A DNA stretch of 64,000 bases from Squalus acanthias (taxonomy: Eukaryota), in contig CM059446.1 in assembly GCA_030390025.1 (NCBI GenBank), positions 60,760,001 through 60,824,000 on the forward strand, in the 5' to 3' direction. How positions within the stretch are numbered: position 1 is the first letter of the stretch; every line of letters starts with the position of its first letter. The notes below the pieces were generated by a model. That model did not search any database. It was not told where the DNA came from and worked only from the letters and a program-made list of their open reading frames with translations. A program made the translations under genes and the position numbers. Shown piece by piece: positions 1 to 13,904 of this stretch.

Positions 1-1620
1 GAGGCTGTGGCCACTGGTTCAAGACTCCCCAGCCAAGGGAAACATTCTCCCAGCATCCATCCTATCAAGCCCTTAAAATAATTTTGTATGCTTCAATGAG
101 ATCCCCTCTCATTCTTCTGAATTCAAGAGAATACAGGCCTAGTTTACTCAATCTCTTTTCATATGACAGTCCCGCCATCCCAGGAATCAATCTCGTGAAC
201 CTTCGTTGCACTCCCTCTATGGCAAGTGTATCCTTCCTTTGGTAAGGAGACCAAAATTGTACACAGTACTCCAGGTGTGGTCTCACCAAGGCCCTATATA
301 ATTGGAGTAAGACTTCTTTACTCCTGTACTCAAATCCTCTTGTAATGAAGGCCAGCATACCATTTGCCTTCCTAATGGCTTGCTGCACCTGCACATTCAC
401 TTTCAGTGACTCATGTACAAGGACACCCAGGTCCCTTTGAGCATCTGCATTCCCCAATCTTTCACCATTTAGGAAATACTCTGCCTTTCTGTTTTTTCTA
501 GTAAAGTGGATAACTTCACATTTATCCACATTATATTCCATCTGCCATGTTCTCGCCCACTCACTGAGCCTGTCGAGATCCCCTTGAAGCCTCTTCACAT
601 CCTCTTCGCAACTGACACTGCCACCTAGCTTTGTATCATCAGTAAATTTGGAAATGTTACATTTAGTCCCCTCATCCAAATCATTGATATAGATTGTGAA
701 TAGCTGGTGCCCAAGCACCGATCCTTGCGGTACCCCATTAGTCACAGCCTGCCATCCTGATAAAGACCCGTTTATCCCTACTCTTTGTTTTCTGTCTGTT
801 AACCAATTCTCAATCCATGCTAGTATATTACCCCCAATTCCATGTGCCTTAATTTTGTTCACCAACCTCTTGTGTGGGACCTTATCGAAGGCCTTCTGAA
901 AATCCAGATACGCCACATCTACTGGTTCCCCTTTGTCTACTCCACTAGTTACATCCTCAAAGAACTCCAATAGGTTTGTCAAACAGGATTTCCCTTTCAT
1001 AAATCCATGTTGACTCTGCCCAATCTTACTATTAATTTCTAAGTGCCCAGTTATTGTATCCTTGATAATAGATTCCAGCATTTTCCCAACTACTGATGTG
1101 AGGTTAACAGGTCTGTAGTTGTCCGTTTTCTTTCTCCCTCCTTTCTTAAATAGCGGGGTTACATTTGCTATTCTCCAATCTGCAGGAACCGTTCCAGAAT
1201 CTATAGAATTTTGGAAGATGACAACCAATGCGTCCACTATTCCAATGGCCACCTCTTTCAAAACCCTAAGATGTAGGTCATCCGGTCCTTGAGATTTATC
1301 GACTTTTAGTCCCATTAATTTTACTAGTACTGTTTTTTTACTAATAATTTCGTTAAGTTCCTCATTCTCGCCACACCCTTGGTTTTCTTGTATTTCTGGG
1401 AGGTTTTTTGTGTCTTCCTCCGTGAAGACAGAAACAAAGTATTTATTTAATTTCTCAGCCATTTCCTCATCCCCCCCCCCCCATTATAAATTCTCCCATC
1501 TCTGACTGTAAAGGACCTACATTTACCTTTGCCAGTCTTTTCCTTTTCACATACCTATAGAAGCTTTTACAATCCGTTTTTATATTTTTCGCTAGTTTGT
1601 ACTCCTATTCCATTTTCCCT
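1..1620 (-). mobile_element. CR1-clade LINE, 5'-truncated ORF2 (reverse transcriptase) fragment; its 3' end runs off the window start
   Basis: ORF 65..1462 (465 aa) has CR1 RT motifs NYRPVNLT, YLDFQKAFDKVPH, GVPQGSVLG, YINDL and FTDDTKL. Homology continues past a C-run frameshift (~1471-1482) to about 1620. Substitutions such as LGHQ and FTDD suggest decay. Confidence 0.93.
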
Positions 1621-2373
1621 TTCGCCGCGGCGATCTGGCATGTAACATTACGCCTTGTGGTGATCACTAGGTCTCCTTCCTCTTTGCTGGGCAGTGGTCC
1701 ACTTTGCTATCTTCACTCAATGTCATTATCAGTTGTTTTGTTTGTTTTTCCTTTCAGTGAATGAAGTATTTCCAACCCCTGTCTTTGATCATATTGGATT
1801 GTTTAAAAAAAGTGCTGCGATAGACTTGTGGATACTTTATATGATCCATGCTTGATAGCTGATTTTGCTCTGAGGAGTTATTTTTTCAAGATGAAACATT
1901 CCTAAATTGAAGGGAATTTTTGAACGGTTAATGGTTGTGTGCTTGTACTTGGCTGGAAAGCTTTGCTTGCAACCAACCTTGGGGAAAGTTTGTTTCCTCC
2001 TTTGGTAAACCAGGAAACTATCTTTCCAACTTACAAGTAACATTAGTGTATTTGCCCCTTCATCTTCAGTATTTCCTGTCGTCTGTACCAAGGAACTGTT
2101 GACTCCTTTTATAGGATTCATTTTGTGCAAATTTTTATGAATGAGAGGTTTATCTAGACACACTCAGGAGAAGTCCTAATCACCAAGTGACAAATCACTA
2201 TTAAAACATCTCTTTTCAAAACACCTACAAATTTGTTGCATTGCAATAAAATCAGTTTGAACCAGTATATTTTTGTGCAGACCTTGGCAAATCTCGACAG
2301 TAATTATGTTGCAGGTTTGGTGAATGTTACTTTGTGTGTGCAGTTCAGTGATTTATTTAATTTTCTGTTGCAG

Positions 2374-2443
2374 TGGGGATCAGCAGTATATTTGTGTTAC
2401 AAAAAGTCCTTGGCCAAGACCAACACTATAGCATACAAAGCTG
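2374..2443 (+). CDS. DENND4A: DENND4A coding exon ([23 protein letters not shown]; end of the MABP region), phase 0-1
   Basis: Acceptor ttgcag| at 2373 and donor |gtaagt at 2444. The peptide matches the DENND4 family and joins the next exon as ...KAG|LICRY. Confidence 0.92.
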
Positions 2444-3343
2444 GTAAGTGCTACATCCCTAATGAGATCTGGGTGGCATAGCGTTTGTGGTTTTGACTAG
2501 GATAAAGCTGAATCATCCAGATCGCCTTGAGTTTGTGTATTTGTTTCAGAAAGTGAGACTGTGGCACCAGGAAGTAGTTTCGACATGAACATTTGTTACA
2601 TGCTGAAGTTTGAATGTTAATTAGTGGATGAGACAAAAAAAAATTGGGAATGAGATGCTGTTAATGGGCTCTGAGTGATCAGGATGTGAATAAAAAGATG
2701 AATTACTTTTATTTTCTGAACTTGACTGCTCATTAATTACAATTACATTAAACCACCTGTAAGAATTCTGGAGTACATTCTCTTTTCTTTATCACCGTAG
2801 TAGATTTTATGATGCACAGCATTTGGCTTAAGGCTTTAAACTAGTCTGTGAAAGACTTTATTTCCCCTAAAGCTCTTTTCGAAGACATTCAAAATATTCA
2901 TCTTTTATGAGTATTTAATTTTTGCCATGTCAACATTCAAGTGAGTGTGTTCTGGTAAAAGCAGGTAGGGGAAATTGTTCCTCTTGCTTGCTGGTTGCCA
3001 TGAATGCGTCATAATCAATTTACAGGCCAATCGGAAGCCAGCTTTTATTTTCCAAAGTCTCCACGAAGGAGATTTCCAATTGCTTAACTGAGAACAGCAC
3101 TGAGGATTGGTTGCTTTAAAAAGACACTGGCCCAATGATTGGTCTGTGTTCAGACTATCTGTTATTTCACTGGGTATCATGGAAGGATCCTTTTAAATAA
3201 TGATGTGTCATGGTTAGCCTTTCTTCCGAAGGAAGATCTGGGAGAGCTGCTGGTTCTAGTCTCTCAAAAGTCATAGTACAGCGTACAAAAAGGTTATACT
3301 TTAGATGTTTTCATTTTTGGCTATTGTCTTGTCTCTGTTGCAG

Positions 3344-3513
3344 GTTTGATATGTAGGTATCCAGAGGAAGATTATGAATCCTTTCCATTGCCTGCATCAG
3401 TACCTCTCTTTTGCCTGCCAATGGGGACAACCATTGAATGCTGGCCTTGTAATACCAAATATCCGCTCCCCGTCTTCTCTACGTTTGTGCTTACGGCAGC
3501 TTCTGCAACAAAG
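3344..3513 (+). CDS. DENND4A: DENND4A exon ([16 protein letters not shown]...[14 protein letters not shown]; uDENN), phase 1-0
   Basis: Acceptor ttgcag| and donor AAG|gtacat. Carries uDENN motifs RYP..D, LFCLPMG and FVLT. Confidence 0.95.
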
Positions 3514-3819
3514 GTACATTCAGAGCAAGCCTGTTATTTAGTGTACCGTACGATACAGTGTGTGCTTATGTTGGTTTTGTTTGATATCAGATTTTTTTTA
3601 AACCTAATTGAAGGGCCTCGCTTCATAGTATACGACACCATTTGATTTACTTCGTAAGCCAAGAAGTAGTGGTTAGGCAGCACTTGAATATTCAGTAATC
3701 CTTATAAATTATAAAAACTGAAATTATAAAACAATAATCCTTTTATTTTCCTTTTTAACTTTTGTTGACTAGGAGCAAAAGCTGTAGGACATTTTTTCCG
3801 TGTTATTTAAGTCAAAGTG

Positions 3820-4020
3820 GTACAGTAGCCTGGTAGTAGACTAGCAGGCCAGAGGTTGAGAGTTCAAATCACACCAGGGCAAGTTGTGAAATTTAATTCA
3901 ATAAATCTAGTAATTTTTGGACTCGCACCATGAAAGCTGCCAAATTGTTGTAAAAACCCATCTGGTTCACTGATGACCTTCAGGGAAGGGAACCTGCTGC
4001 CCCTACAGGGACTTGCCTTC
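3820..4020 (+). mobile_element. Degenerate tRNA-derived SINE, same family as 20974..21377
   Basis: B-box-like gagttcaaatc followed by aaattgttgtaaaaacccatctggttcactgatgaccttcagggaagg, shared with the copy at ~21040-21180. Confidence 0.7.
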
Positions 4021-4242
4021 GTGACCATATTTTAAATAAAATACTAATGTACTTTTACCTAATACACATTTTCAGTTGTAACAGCTTTATAACTCTGATC
4101 ACCCATATGTTCCTTTTTATCGCGTTTGTCATCAGTAAAGTTTATGGTATAAAATGAGTTAAATGGGTACCTAAGTCACACAGATGGGGAAGATCCCAGG
4201 TTTGATATCTGGTCTGTGTTGATTTGAACGCAGCTAGGATGC

Positions 4243-4495
4243 CAACAACAACTTGTATTTATATAGCGCCTTTAACGTAGTAGAACATCCCAAGTCACTT
4301 CACAGGAGTGTTATAAGACGAAAAAATTGACACCGAGCCACATGAGAAATTAGGGCAGATGGAGGTAGGTTTTAAGGAGCGTCTTAAAGGAGGAAAGCGA
4401 GGCGGAGAGGTTTAGGGAGGGAGTTGCAGCGCTTAGGGCCTCGGCAGCTGAAGCCACGGCCACCGATGGTTGAGAGATTGTAATCAGGGACAGTA
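4243..4495 (-). mobile_element. L2-type LINE 3' fragment
   Basis: Reverse complement ends in ...aaggcgctatataaatacaagttgttgttg, like the tail at 42190-42240. The body matches the 41520-42240 copy. Confidence 0.7.
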
Positions 4496-5414
4496 ATCCA
4501 TTACGCTAAAATTTGTGATGGTAAGTGAGGGTGACGCCTAGCTGGGGCAGGAAACCTTCAAACAACAATGATTGTACCAATGATGAGGTCTTATCTCCAT
4601 TTTTAAGAGAGTTTATTTCTGAAATAACCTTGTCCAAAAACTTCATAGCCTTCATATTCCTGCTGCAATGCAAACTTTCTCAATCGTGCATTTTCTTTTA
4701 TTTTGCATGTTAATTTTTATCAAAAACAAATCAAACTACTGAGAAATCTACAGATAGAATTTCTGTTTGCCTGATATTGGATGTGCACTCTTTCTCCATA
4801 ATGACTCATCACACTTACCTAAGCTTAGACACAAATTGGCACAGCCAGACTTGGAAGTATGCACAGGCATACTGCTCGAGACTGACCAGCTAAAAGCACA
4901 TAGCTTCCAACACAGTGTACTAAAGCTTTCCACTGCACGTCCAGCTAGGACCGCCATACCTATTGGGACATTGGCTTGCAGTGTAATTTGGAGCTGAGTG
5001 AAAGAATCCCAGCTCATCGTGAAGGATTTATCCCTACGCATCCCATTAGTAAGCAAGACTAGCTGGCCAATCGCCAGCAGTGCCTTTGAGTACTGTGGCT
5101 CTGGCTGGTTCACGTATGGTATTACTGAGCCCATCACACAAGGATGACTCGCTTTCATCACCAGGCGTGTTATTGTGGAGCAACCACAGCCCCAATAGAC
5201 CTTTTTTTCCACCAGGAGGATAGTCACCTCTACCTACAGTTAGATTTGAAGCAGAGGAAGATGCATGGCGATAGGGAGAGACATGGGCTTCATTTCTGAT
5301 TGCTCTAGAAAAAAGTCAGAACAGACATGATTAGCAGATTCGACTCCTTCTGTGCTGCAAACTTCTATGATTGTATGTATTATTGCAACCTTTGCCTATA
5401 CAGGATGGATCAGA

Positions 5415-5660
5415 CGAACATACGAGCAATGACTGATGGGAAAAGGCCTACTGGTCTATCCAGCCTGTCCCATACAGCTGCGATGACTTGTGCATCACAA
5501 TATATACACTCGCCGCCCCACCTGGAAGCCATGTGATCTCCTGGGAGAGGCGAAAAACCAGATAAAACTTCGGCCAATCAGGGAAATAAATCTGGAAAAT
5601 TCCTCTCCGACCCCTTTAGGCAAGCGAAACTTGTCCAGGAGAGCACTCTGGCCCTGTCAG
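5415..5660 (-). mobile_element. CR1-type 3'-UTR fragment (second copy at ~21657-21790)
   Basis: The shared string tccagcctgtcccatacag...gaagccatgtgatctcctgggagaggcgaaaaa recurs at 21665-21770. Confidence 0.6.
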
Positions 5661-5924
5661 ATACTTGCAAACTCAGCACCTTTAATAATATAGTATAGTA
5701 AGTGCCAGAGGAAAATTAAAAGCAAGACAAAGTCTTTCTGCCTGTGTTCTGATGTGTAAATTACAGGATGCAGTGTTGGTGTACCCAGACTAATTACACT
5801 TATACTTGTAATTGTTTAACAGGATTGTTTCTGCTTTCATCACCACAGTGTACCAAATTGGTAATTGCCACCTAGTGTTGCTCTGCAGCTTAATGATTCC
5901 AATGCCCTTACTCATTGTTCCTAG

Positions 5925-6166
5925 GTTTATGGTGCGGCTATTCAGTTCTTTGAGCCTCTTCCTCAAGAGAACCTGACAGACAAGCAACGATCACAGTTAG
6001 GGCTTGTTAGTGCTGCTGACCGAAAACCCATCCTCTCGAAAACTGTTCACACCAGCAAGTGCATCTGCCTTCTGTCACACTGGCCGTTCTTTGAAGCTTT
6101 TCGAAAATTTCTCACATTTTTATACCGCTATTCAATCTCCGGACCTCACGCACTACCTATTGAGAA
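5925..6166 (+). CDS. DENND4A: DENND4A exon ([11 protein letters not shown]...[36 protein letters not shown]), phase 0-2
   Basis: Acceptor cctag| and donor |gtaagt. Translated by hand (the ORF track does not show this frame); has the classic DENN YG and CICLLS.WPFF motifs. Confidence 0.95.
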
Positions 6167-6234
6167 GTAAGTTTCCTGTAAAAGGTGAATTCTTCCTGAC
6201 TCTGCTAGAAATGACGGCAAACATTGCATGGTCG

Positions 6235-6580
6235 CAGGTGTGGTCCTCGATCGGTGCTGAATTAGCTGACCTCAGCTGAGCAGTAATAATGGATCGCCGG
6301 GTTGAAGAGGGAAAATACGGTCAGGGTTCCCACCCCCTGGTTGCTATTCAGCAGGTCCTGCTGGAAGCGCACGTTAATAATGCCGGGTGAGGAGCAGGCT
6401 CAGCTGTGGTACCCCAATGGTCAAATAGCCAGCTATACTCACTGTCAAAATTCACTGTCAAAGGTGAATAAAGGCCAGCTGGGCAAAGTACTGGAGGGTT
6501 CCTGTGAAAACGATAGCCAGTGAGGATCTATGCCTTCAGGAGAGGAGAGGAGGGGAGGGGATGGATAAAATTGGCGAGAA
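6235..6580 (+). mobile_element. AmnSINE2-like SINE copy, with a short inverted head fragment at ~6645-6700
   Basis: gtgctgaattagctgacctcagc ... cagggttcccacccc ... cctgctggaag ... ggtgaggagcagg ... ggtcaaatagcc; the same motifs recur at ~10640, 15560, 40380, 44640, 49040 and 59630. Confidence 0.65.
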
Positions 6581-7639
6581 TTCTTTTTTAGAGTCGGCAC
6601 GTGCCCCTTGCACTAGGGGGATCATTCTAAATTCTGGGCCATTATTGCTGCCCCACTGAGGTCAGCTAACTCCACACCGATCGGGGATCAGAACTGGCAC
6701 CACGCAATGTTTAATCTCATTTACTTTCATTTTCATTCTAAAGGAAAGTCTGGACTTGCAAAAATTCATGATGTGTTTTAAAAAATATTTCAGATAGGTG
6801 AATGAGTTGTAATTGCAGACTGATAGACTATTAAGGTGTCACTTACACACTGGAATTTATGGTACTTGCCTAAAAATAATTGTGTAACACATTCTAGATA
6901 GTTTCCTGAATAATTAATGTATCTTCCATTGTTAATATTTTCCTACCCCTGCTTGCAGTGTGTTGAAATATAATCCCAGTGTCGAGTCTGTGTTTGATAG
7001 ATGGAGTTTCTGGAAATTCCTACTCCCAATCCAAAGATACCATAATATGGAGCACGTCCCAGCAGTTGTATGCTGGAGTTGTGAGTTGAGTCGAGATCTG
7101 CCTCGCGTGCTATTCCAGCGTACGCAGAGAGTTTTTGACAAGGTTTTGCTGATACAAATTACCACAATTGGAGTGCCTGCGTGGGTTTATTTTTACAGTT
7201 GCTTCATTCCTCAACCACCCTCCCTAGATCTCCCTTAGCTGTGGCAAAGATATGAGCTGTGCTAATGCTCTACTCGTCACTCTTCTGTCAGCTGTCAATA
7301 GGTGTTTGTGTGAAAGCAGCTGGTGGTGACTACCTTCTGATAGAACCTGATGAAAAACTTCTTTATTTATTTTTATGTCAATAGAAAATCTGATTTAATG
7401 CGTTGGCAAAGATCAAGTGACGATGTAATCCTTTTCCTGAAGTTTTAAAAAACCTACATAACCTCAGTTGTTGGATTTAATAGAGCCAGCAATGTTTGTT
7501 GGAGAGATTGATTTTTTTTTAAATCACAAACTAACTTAGTCATTCAGTTGGCCAGATGTGTTGTTACAAGAAGGCCATGGTGATTACAGATGTTTTCTCC
7601 GTATATCCAACAAGCCTCTTTATGACTTCTATTTTGCAG

Positions 7640-7706
7640 GCACATCTGTCATTTCATGCACAATGTCCCATTTCCTTCTCCTCAAAGACCAAGGATTCTC
7701 GTGCAG
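7640..7706 (+). CDS. DENND4A: DENND4A exon ([22 protein letters not shown]), phase 2-0
   Basis: Acceptor ttttgcag| and donor CAG|gtgagt; DENND4 [14 protein letters not shown] motif. Confidence 0.95.
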
Positions 7707-8173
7707 GTGAGTGTCGACCTGCATGATTGCCATTCAGAGCAGCAATATAATGCTGTGGGATGTACGCTGTTGTTTGGATTATAGCAGGAATGTGTTGCCA
7801 TTTGACACATTTAGCAAAAACATATTACCCTAACATGCATCCTGAATATTCACAATGTAATAGCAGCCATGTGGGAATGTAATAGCAGCCATGTGGGAAT
7901 GCAATGTGTCTTTCTATTGGGTGAAATGGGAGTAAAGCTAATCCCATAGAAAAGCATTTGAGGGTGCAGAAAATAATCATCAACATAAGCAAAAGAAATG
8001 GATGGTAAGCGATGTGAATTTGAGAGAAAGATGCTGGAGAAATAAAAAAAACTTGAAATAAAAGGAACAAGTGTTAGTGGAGAGAGGGGCTTCTCTTGAT
8101 GCAGCTTCTGCTGGGACCAGAATTTCGATTTGTGAGAATCTACTGAATTTCAGTCTTGTCCTCTCTGTTACAG

Positions 8174-8232
8174 CAATCGCCTCATGACCACCTGATGCTT
8201 TGCCAACCAGTATCATCACCACTACCACTGAG
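8174..8232 (+). CDS. DENND4A: DENND4A exon (QSPHDHLMLCQPVSSPLPL), phase 0-2
   Basis: Acceptor gttacag| and donor AG|gtaagt; QPVSSPLPLS motif. Confidence 0.92.
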
Positions 8233-8314
8233 GTAAGTGTAGACAAGCACAGGTATATTCTTTTAAACTTCATTTGAAGTGAATTGTCTCCTTTCTTTAG
8301 GCCATTTTGTGCTA

Positions 8315-8560
8315 CTCGCCATTCCCAAGTCAGCAAGAGTGGGCAAGGATTGGAGTTACATAGGCCAGACTGGGTAAAAGACAGCAGGTTTCCTTCCCTA
8401 AAGAGCATCAGTGAATCAGTTGGGTTTATACAACAATCCAATGGTCACTTTAACTGATACCAGCTGTTTTTTTTTTAAACTCAATTCAAATTCTCAAACT
8501 GCCATGGTGAAATTTGAACTCTTGTTCTCTGGATTATTAGTTCAGGGACATGTTTCACTG
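8315..8560 (-). mobile_element. tRNA-derived SINE, 20974..21377 family
   Basis: Reverse complement contains actaataatccagag...gagttcaaatttcaccatggcag and ggattgttgtataaacccaactgattcactgatg. Confidence 0.7.
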
Positions 8561-9896
8561 TTAACTCCAGTACCAGTACAGGATAAATTTTGTGAAAGTA
8601 AATTATTCTTATCTGGTGTTCGCTCTTGTATGCCAGTGTGACAACCCCTAAACACTGATGTAAACTCCTGTATACTGAATATACCCACTATAGCACGTCA
8701 GAGTAGCAGTGTTAGTAATGGACAGTCCAATATTTAGTTCTGGTCCTTCTGTACAATAGATGGAACAGCCATATAAATGATGTGCATCTCCTATGGAATT
8801 TATATCTCCCCAGACAAACGGCTTTACAGCTCTCTATGAAAAGTGCGCCACTTTTTATACCACGTAAACTTTGTCTCCACAATTTAAACCTATTCTGCTG
8901 ATTAAATAAGCAAAACTCCGCAGAACAAAAAGAGATGCAAAATGTCAGAAGAATAAATAAATCAAAGTATGAAGCATAAAAGTTCCAAAAAGATTTAACA
9001 AATCAAACTTTGTACTTGTGTCTCCTTGTTAAGTCACAAGCCTCTTGATTGAATTACATCTGTGTAATTCATTCCCAGCATCAGTTCCTTACGTCGTCCA
9101 GCAACATGTGGTGCATTTATAACCAAACAGCAATGTTGCTCCTTCTCTCTCCTTGTCCCCTTTCCTTCGTTCGATGTGAAGTACTTTGTTGGAAAGTAAC
9201 CAGACTTGTCCCAGCTATAGCTTGTGATTTTCAGTAACAAGCTGGAACTAAGCATCCTCTTCTTGATTCTACCAGATTCTGTGTCCTATAGAACGTTTTC
9301 AACCCTGATAATGCAGTCTGTTCGGTTGCAATTTAAAATTGTTTGCTAAAATAATGTGGTTCTGGATCGTGTTGAAATAGGTTCGATATCCTTTTAAACA
9401 TGGAGCTGAAAGCTGTGCTTGCATTCCATGCAGCAAAAATTGTTTGTAAATGATGGGAACATTTTATGAGGTTAACAGATTGAAAGGATTAATTACAACA
9501 AAGCTGGGTAAAATTTCGCATCACTAGTAATAAAATGACGTCTCTTGGTATTCCATGCAGTATGTATTCCTTTTTAAAAACTTCAAACACCTGTAGCCCA
9601 ACAGTTACTGAAAAAATGGGAATTTGGGGAATTGTCATGACTGCCTTGTAAACTGTACTCAACTCTAACTCTGGAAGTGACTTGATGTTCTTTAATGATT
9701 CTACAGATTCACTTTATTGATCCGCTCAGGAGTGTGCATAATGCAGTGCTAGAACTTAGTCTTTCAAACATCCAATGTCATTGAGCTCTATGGTGCCGTA
9801 TACTCCTGGAGTAATGCACTGTGCCACAGAGAGACAGGACAAAAGTGACCAGTGCCGTACTTCACTGAATTCTGATGTCTGTCCTCTTACTTTCAG

Positions 9897-10041
9897 TGGT
9901 GGCAGTTTCACTACTTTGCTGCAGAACCTGGGCCCAGAGAAAGCAGTAAGTCTACTGCTGTACGCAGTAACTGAACACAAGATTCTTATTCACTCTCTCC
10001 GGCCGGCCGTGTTGACCAGTGTGGCTGAAGCACTTGTATCT
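9897..10041 (+). CDS. DENND4A: DENND4A exon ([48 protein letters not shown]; cDENN), phase 2-0
   Basis: Acceptor tttcag| and donor |gtgagt; cDENN EHKIL.HS motif. Confidence 0.95.
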
Positions 10042-10639
10042 GTGAGTATTAAGCTCAGCTTGTCGAGAGGTTCTTTCTGGGAGATTTGCAAAGCTGTAGC
10101 TTCATTTTTATTTTGGTGTGTGGTTTCTCTCCCTCTCTGAAACTTGTTTTATTTGGCTGAATCAACCCGTCCAAAATTACCCACATCAATGCCTGTAAAA
10201 ATTAACTTAGGCGAATTTATAATGAACACGAAGAAGTAGAATTAAATGAATGTACAAAACGCAGTCTCGTTGTAAATTATAATTTTTTTGAAAAAATCTT
10301 TTTATAATTTGGAGCGTGGCAAATAGAATTGTTACTAGAGTCATTAAAATATCAAATCAATAAATATTTCAACTGTTTTGGCTCCTTGTCAGACTGCCTC
10401 ACTTTACAGCCTAATGTGAGCTGCATTAGTAATTTGTTAAAGCGGATATTAACTCACCAAAGCAAATGGGTTTCCTCTATAATTCAGCTCTAGCGCCTGA
10501 GTTTCATCATCCATACTTAATATAGAAAGTCCCACTGTATCAGTAGTGCTTTCATCGTATTTTTTGGTCTCTGTCTTGCTTATTTTTCTAATTATCCTCT
10601 GTTTACTTCTTTTGGGCTACATTTCCATGGACACGGTGC

Positions 10640-10980
10640 GCTCTAATACCCAGCCTGCATGACTGTTCTGTTACTTTGATCCCAGACAGTAAATGTGGGC
10701 GGGCTGTCACACTGTGGGTGTGTTGTGATGAGTGGGTCATTACCAAACACAAGCCTAGTCACACAACACCGGCATAGGTGCACTTTGCTGCAAATCACTG
10801 CGGAGCATCTAGGAGTGGGATCCTTGCTGGTTTTCTCCAGGAGTGTTGAGGCTGGTTGTAGCACTCCCACTGCCACCGTGTCTGATCAACTAAATGAGCA
10901 CAGACTGGAGATCATCTGGGACCTTCTGGTCTGTTCTGGCTCAGCTCCACTCTTCCTTTACAACTGAACCATTGAGGAAC
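10640..10980 (-). mobile_element. AmnSINE2-like SINE copy
   Basis: Reverse complement reads ctgagccagaacagaccagaaggtcccag...tctgtgctcatttagttgatc...gtgctacaaccagcctc...cccactcct. Confidence 0.65.
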
Positions 10981-13461
10981 CGTTCACATCCCATTTCTGT
11001 TGGTGTTTCTGACTGAGACTGTGCATATCTTCCCACTATTACAAACAGACTTCTTCTGTAAGCTGCACATTGTTTCTCTCCAGTACCCAAAGGTTTTGGT
11101 GTATTTTCCTGCGTGGCCACAACTGTGATAATGAAAAATATGTGAACAGTTGATGTGAACTGCCATAAAATCTGATGCACTATTCACACATTGTGAATGC
11201 ATTCTGTATTCTATGGTGGACAGGAAGTGGCTGATTTTACCAGTGTCTAAGGATTCAATATCCTTTGGATTCATTGCGAATTATGGAAATAAATTGAAAC
11301 GAGTGCAGCTTATCAGCCGACAAATGCCATTTCAATAATGGGCTTCATGCATTGGAACATTGCTAGTTTGGTGATGCATCATCACAGTGGAAGGGAAGAG
11401 ATCGATATCCTGCCTGATTTTACTCAGTTGGGAGGTTTTCTGGGGTGGGGTGGGGTGCGGGGGGAGGATTTTGAAAAGGTCAAATTTAATTAGAAAGTTT
11501 TAAATTCAATTTGCCAACCCCGTAATCCAGTCTTTAGCCTGTGGTGCTGCCCTGTAATTAAGCCCGGTGACTCAAAGTACTTGCAGGGCTTGAGGTGGCC
11601 AGCAACACTTCCATCAAAATGGAGATTTTGGTTAGACACTTGCAAGCAAGTTGGTTGAAAAGCTATAAATTTGGCACTTTGGGGATGGTCCATGGAAATT
11701 ATCAAGTTACTCAGAGATGCTTACAGTCTGGACTCGCTTTTACAAAGAATTCTGCTAACGTTAGATCATTAGTTTTTTTCTGTTTCTTTGGATTTATTTG
11801 AGAAGTTGGTTGAAATAACAAATCCGATTGTCAAGACTGAGGGAACTGGCAGGGAGAAATTGCTAAGCCTGACTGTGCGAAACAGCAGAATTAACACGCA
11901 CACGGTTAAATAATATCACTGACGCACCCCTGGGGTTTCTCTCTTGATATTAATTCAGCTGGTGCACAGTTAGGTTTAGTATTTCCTTTCACCTGGTCTA
12001 TGATGGTGTTGCCAGAAGATCACTGTTTAAACAAAAATATTGTTTCAAAACCCACCAGAAAATGAGGGAAAAAAGTTGAAACTAATCGCAGTTCTTTCAA
12101 AATGCTATTTTTTAAAGGCATGATGGTGACATTTAATCTTTAAGTTGAAAGGAGTTTACACAGGAAGCGAGGCCATCTCTCTTTGAAGCTTTGAAATCTT
12201 AGCATCAGGCATTTCTGTTCTGTGGAAGACTACAGTGTGTATAAAGTGTATATAAAGCGTTACATTATGGGACTCAAAATCCCAGCAGTATAGAAACCTG
12301 CAGTAGCTGCTCCCTCTTTATTACATTGGAGCCACATAAGGTAATAAAGAAGTGATAATATTATAAAAGGATTGCTTTAAGTGGTTTATTTATTGGTGTG
12401 AAAGTCATAATCAGGATTTTGTATGTTAAGCGGTGTAGCAAGGGTAGTGAGAGGCAACTGTAATGAGGACAGATATCTTGTGGAATTGGAAACACGGGTC
12501 TGGGTGAATTTTTTGCTGGAGTAGGGAGGGCGATATCTGGATCCATAGAAATAGCTCCAGCAACCGAAATTGAACAGTTATTTCTACAAAAGCATAATGT
12601 TCCTGGTGATTAGAGTGTCTTGAAGAAAATTTCACACGCAGAAGAGTGGTATATAAAACTTTGTCTTTGGGCTTGGATACAGACTTTTTGGATCTATAAG
12701 GAATGTTGAGGTGCCGCTGCAACAGATCTTGTATTCCTGGCATAAGGATGGAGGTCTAACTTGAGCGTTAGCAGTATGACCTTGTCTGTGATGGCCCTTG
12801 GTATTGGAGGGATGTTTTATATGGCCTCTGAGTGATGGAACATTGAAGAGACTGCAAGCTCTAGTTGAGGTCATAATATCTGAGATATCATAAAAGACTA
12901 GAGGATCAACTATAATGTGGAAAGAGGTTTTGAACCATTATTGAACTCGTAAAGGCCTGTTAATGTGCAGCTGCTTGCTGCTTCAGCAGCTGTGCTTTTA
13001 TTACTGCCTTGAGATTATGAATTAATTCAATCCAACCTGTTTTATGTAGGTTAAAAGGATATCACTATACCTCTTCAAACTTAAAAACTTAAGAGTTGGC
13101 AAGTTTCAAGAATTTTTTGACATGGTGAACCATCCTAACCCTACCCTTAAATGTGTTGATTCTTTTGACTAAATGATAAAATTACTACTTACATATTTTG
13201 GTAGAGATTTTAGTCATGAAGCGTTAGATTTCACTCTTTGTATTTAGAAAATACATGCGAACGGTAATGTAAAGTTCCAGCACAAAGCTACACGTCTCAG
13301 AACAAAAAGTGTATGATTTATAGATTTCAAAAGTTGGTAAGAGTTTGGATGTTTTCAGTCAGGTTGTGGGAATGTTCAAAAAACAGTGAGATCCTTGGTA
13401 ATGATTTAGCCTTAGCTGAGCTTGTGATGCACTTGTATAATAGTTGAGGGAAAGCAGTTAA

Positions 13462-13686
<225 letters not shown>

Positions 13687-13904
13687 TAAGATTTTGATTT
13701 GTACAATTAGAATATAAAATGTGGTTATGAATAGCAATTTGAGTTGGAAAAAGGAACTGCATCAAATGTACTGTCCACATTTTGAACAATAGTGTCTCAC
13801 AATAAGGTGGACTTTTAAGCAATAACTAGCTGACCTCCTGTGGCAAAGCACATGGGGAGTCAAGACCTAGTGTAGTCTTGGGATGAAACAGGGATAGAGG
13901 CTGG

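Noticed and set aside
7854-7900. Short two-copy duplications (22 bp at ~7855; 23 bp at 19357-19402)
   Set aside because: Ordinary slippage events with no other signal.
11441-11467. G-quadruplex-like G-runs (also at 43480-43495)
   Set aside because: Common in vertebrate introns, with no supporting context.
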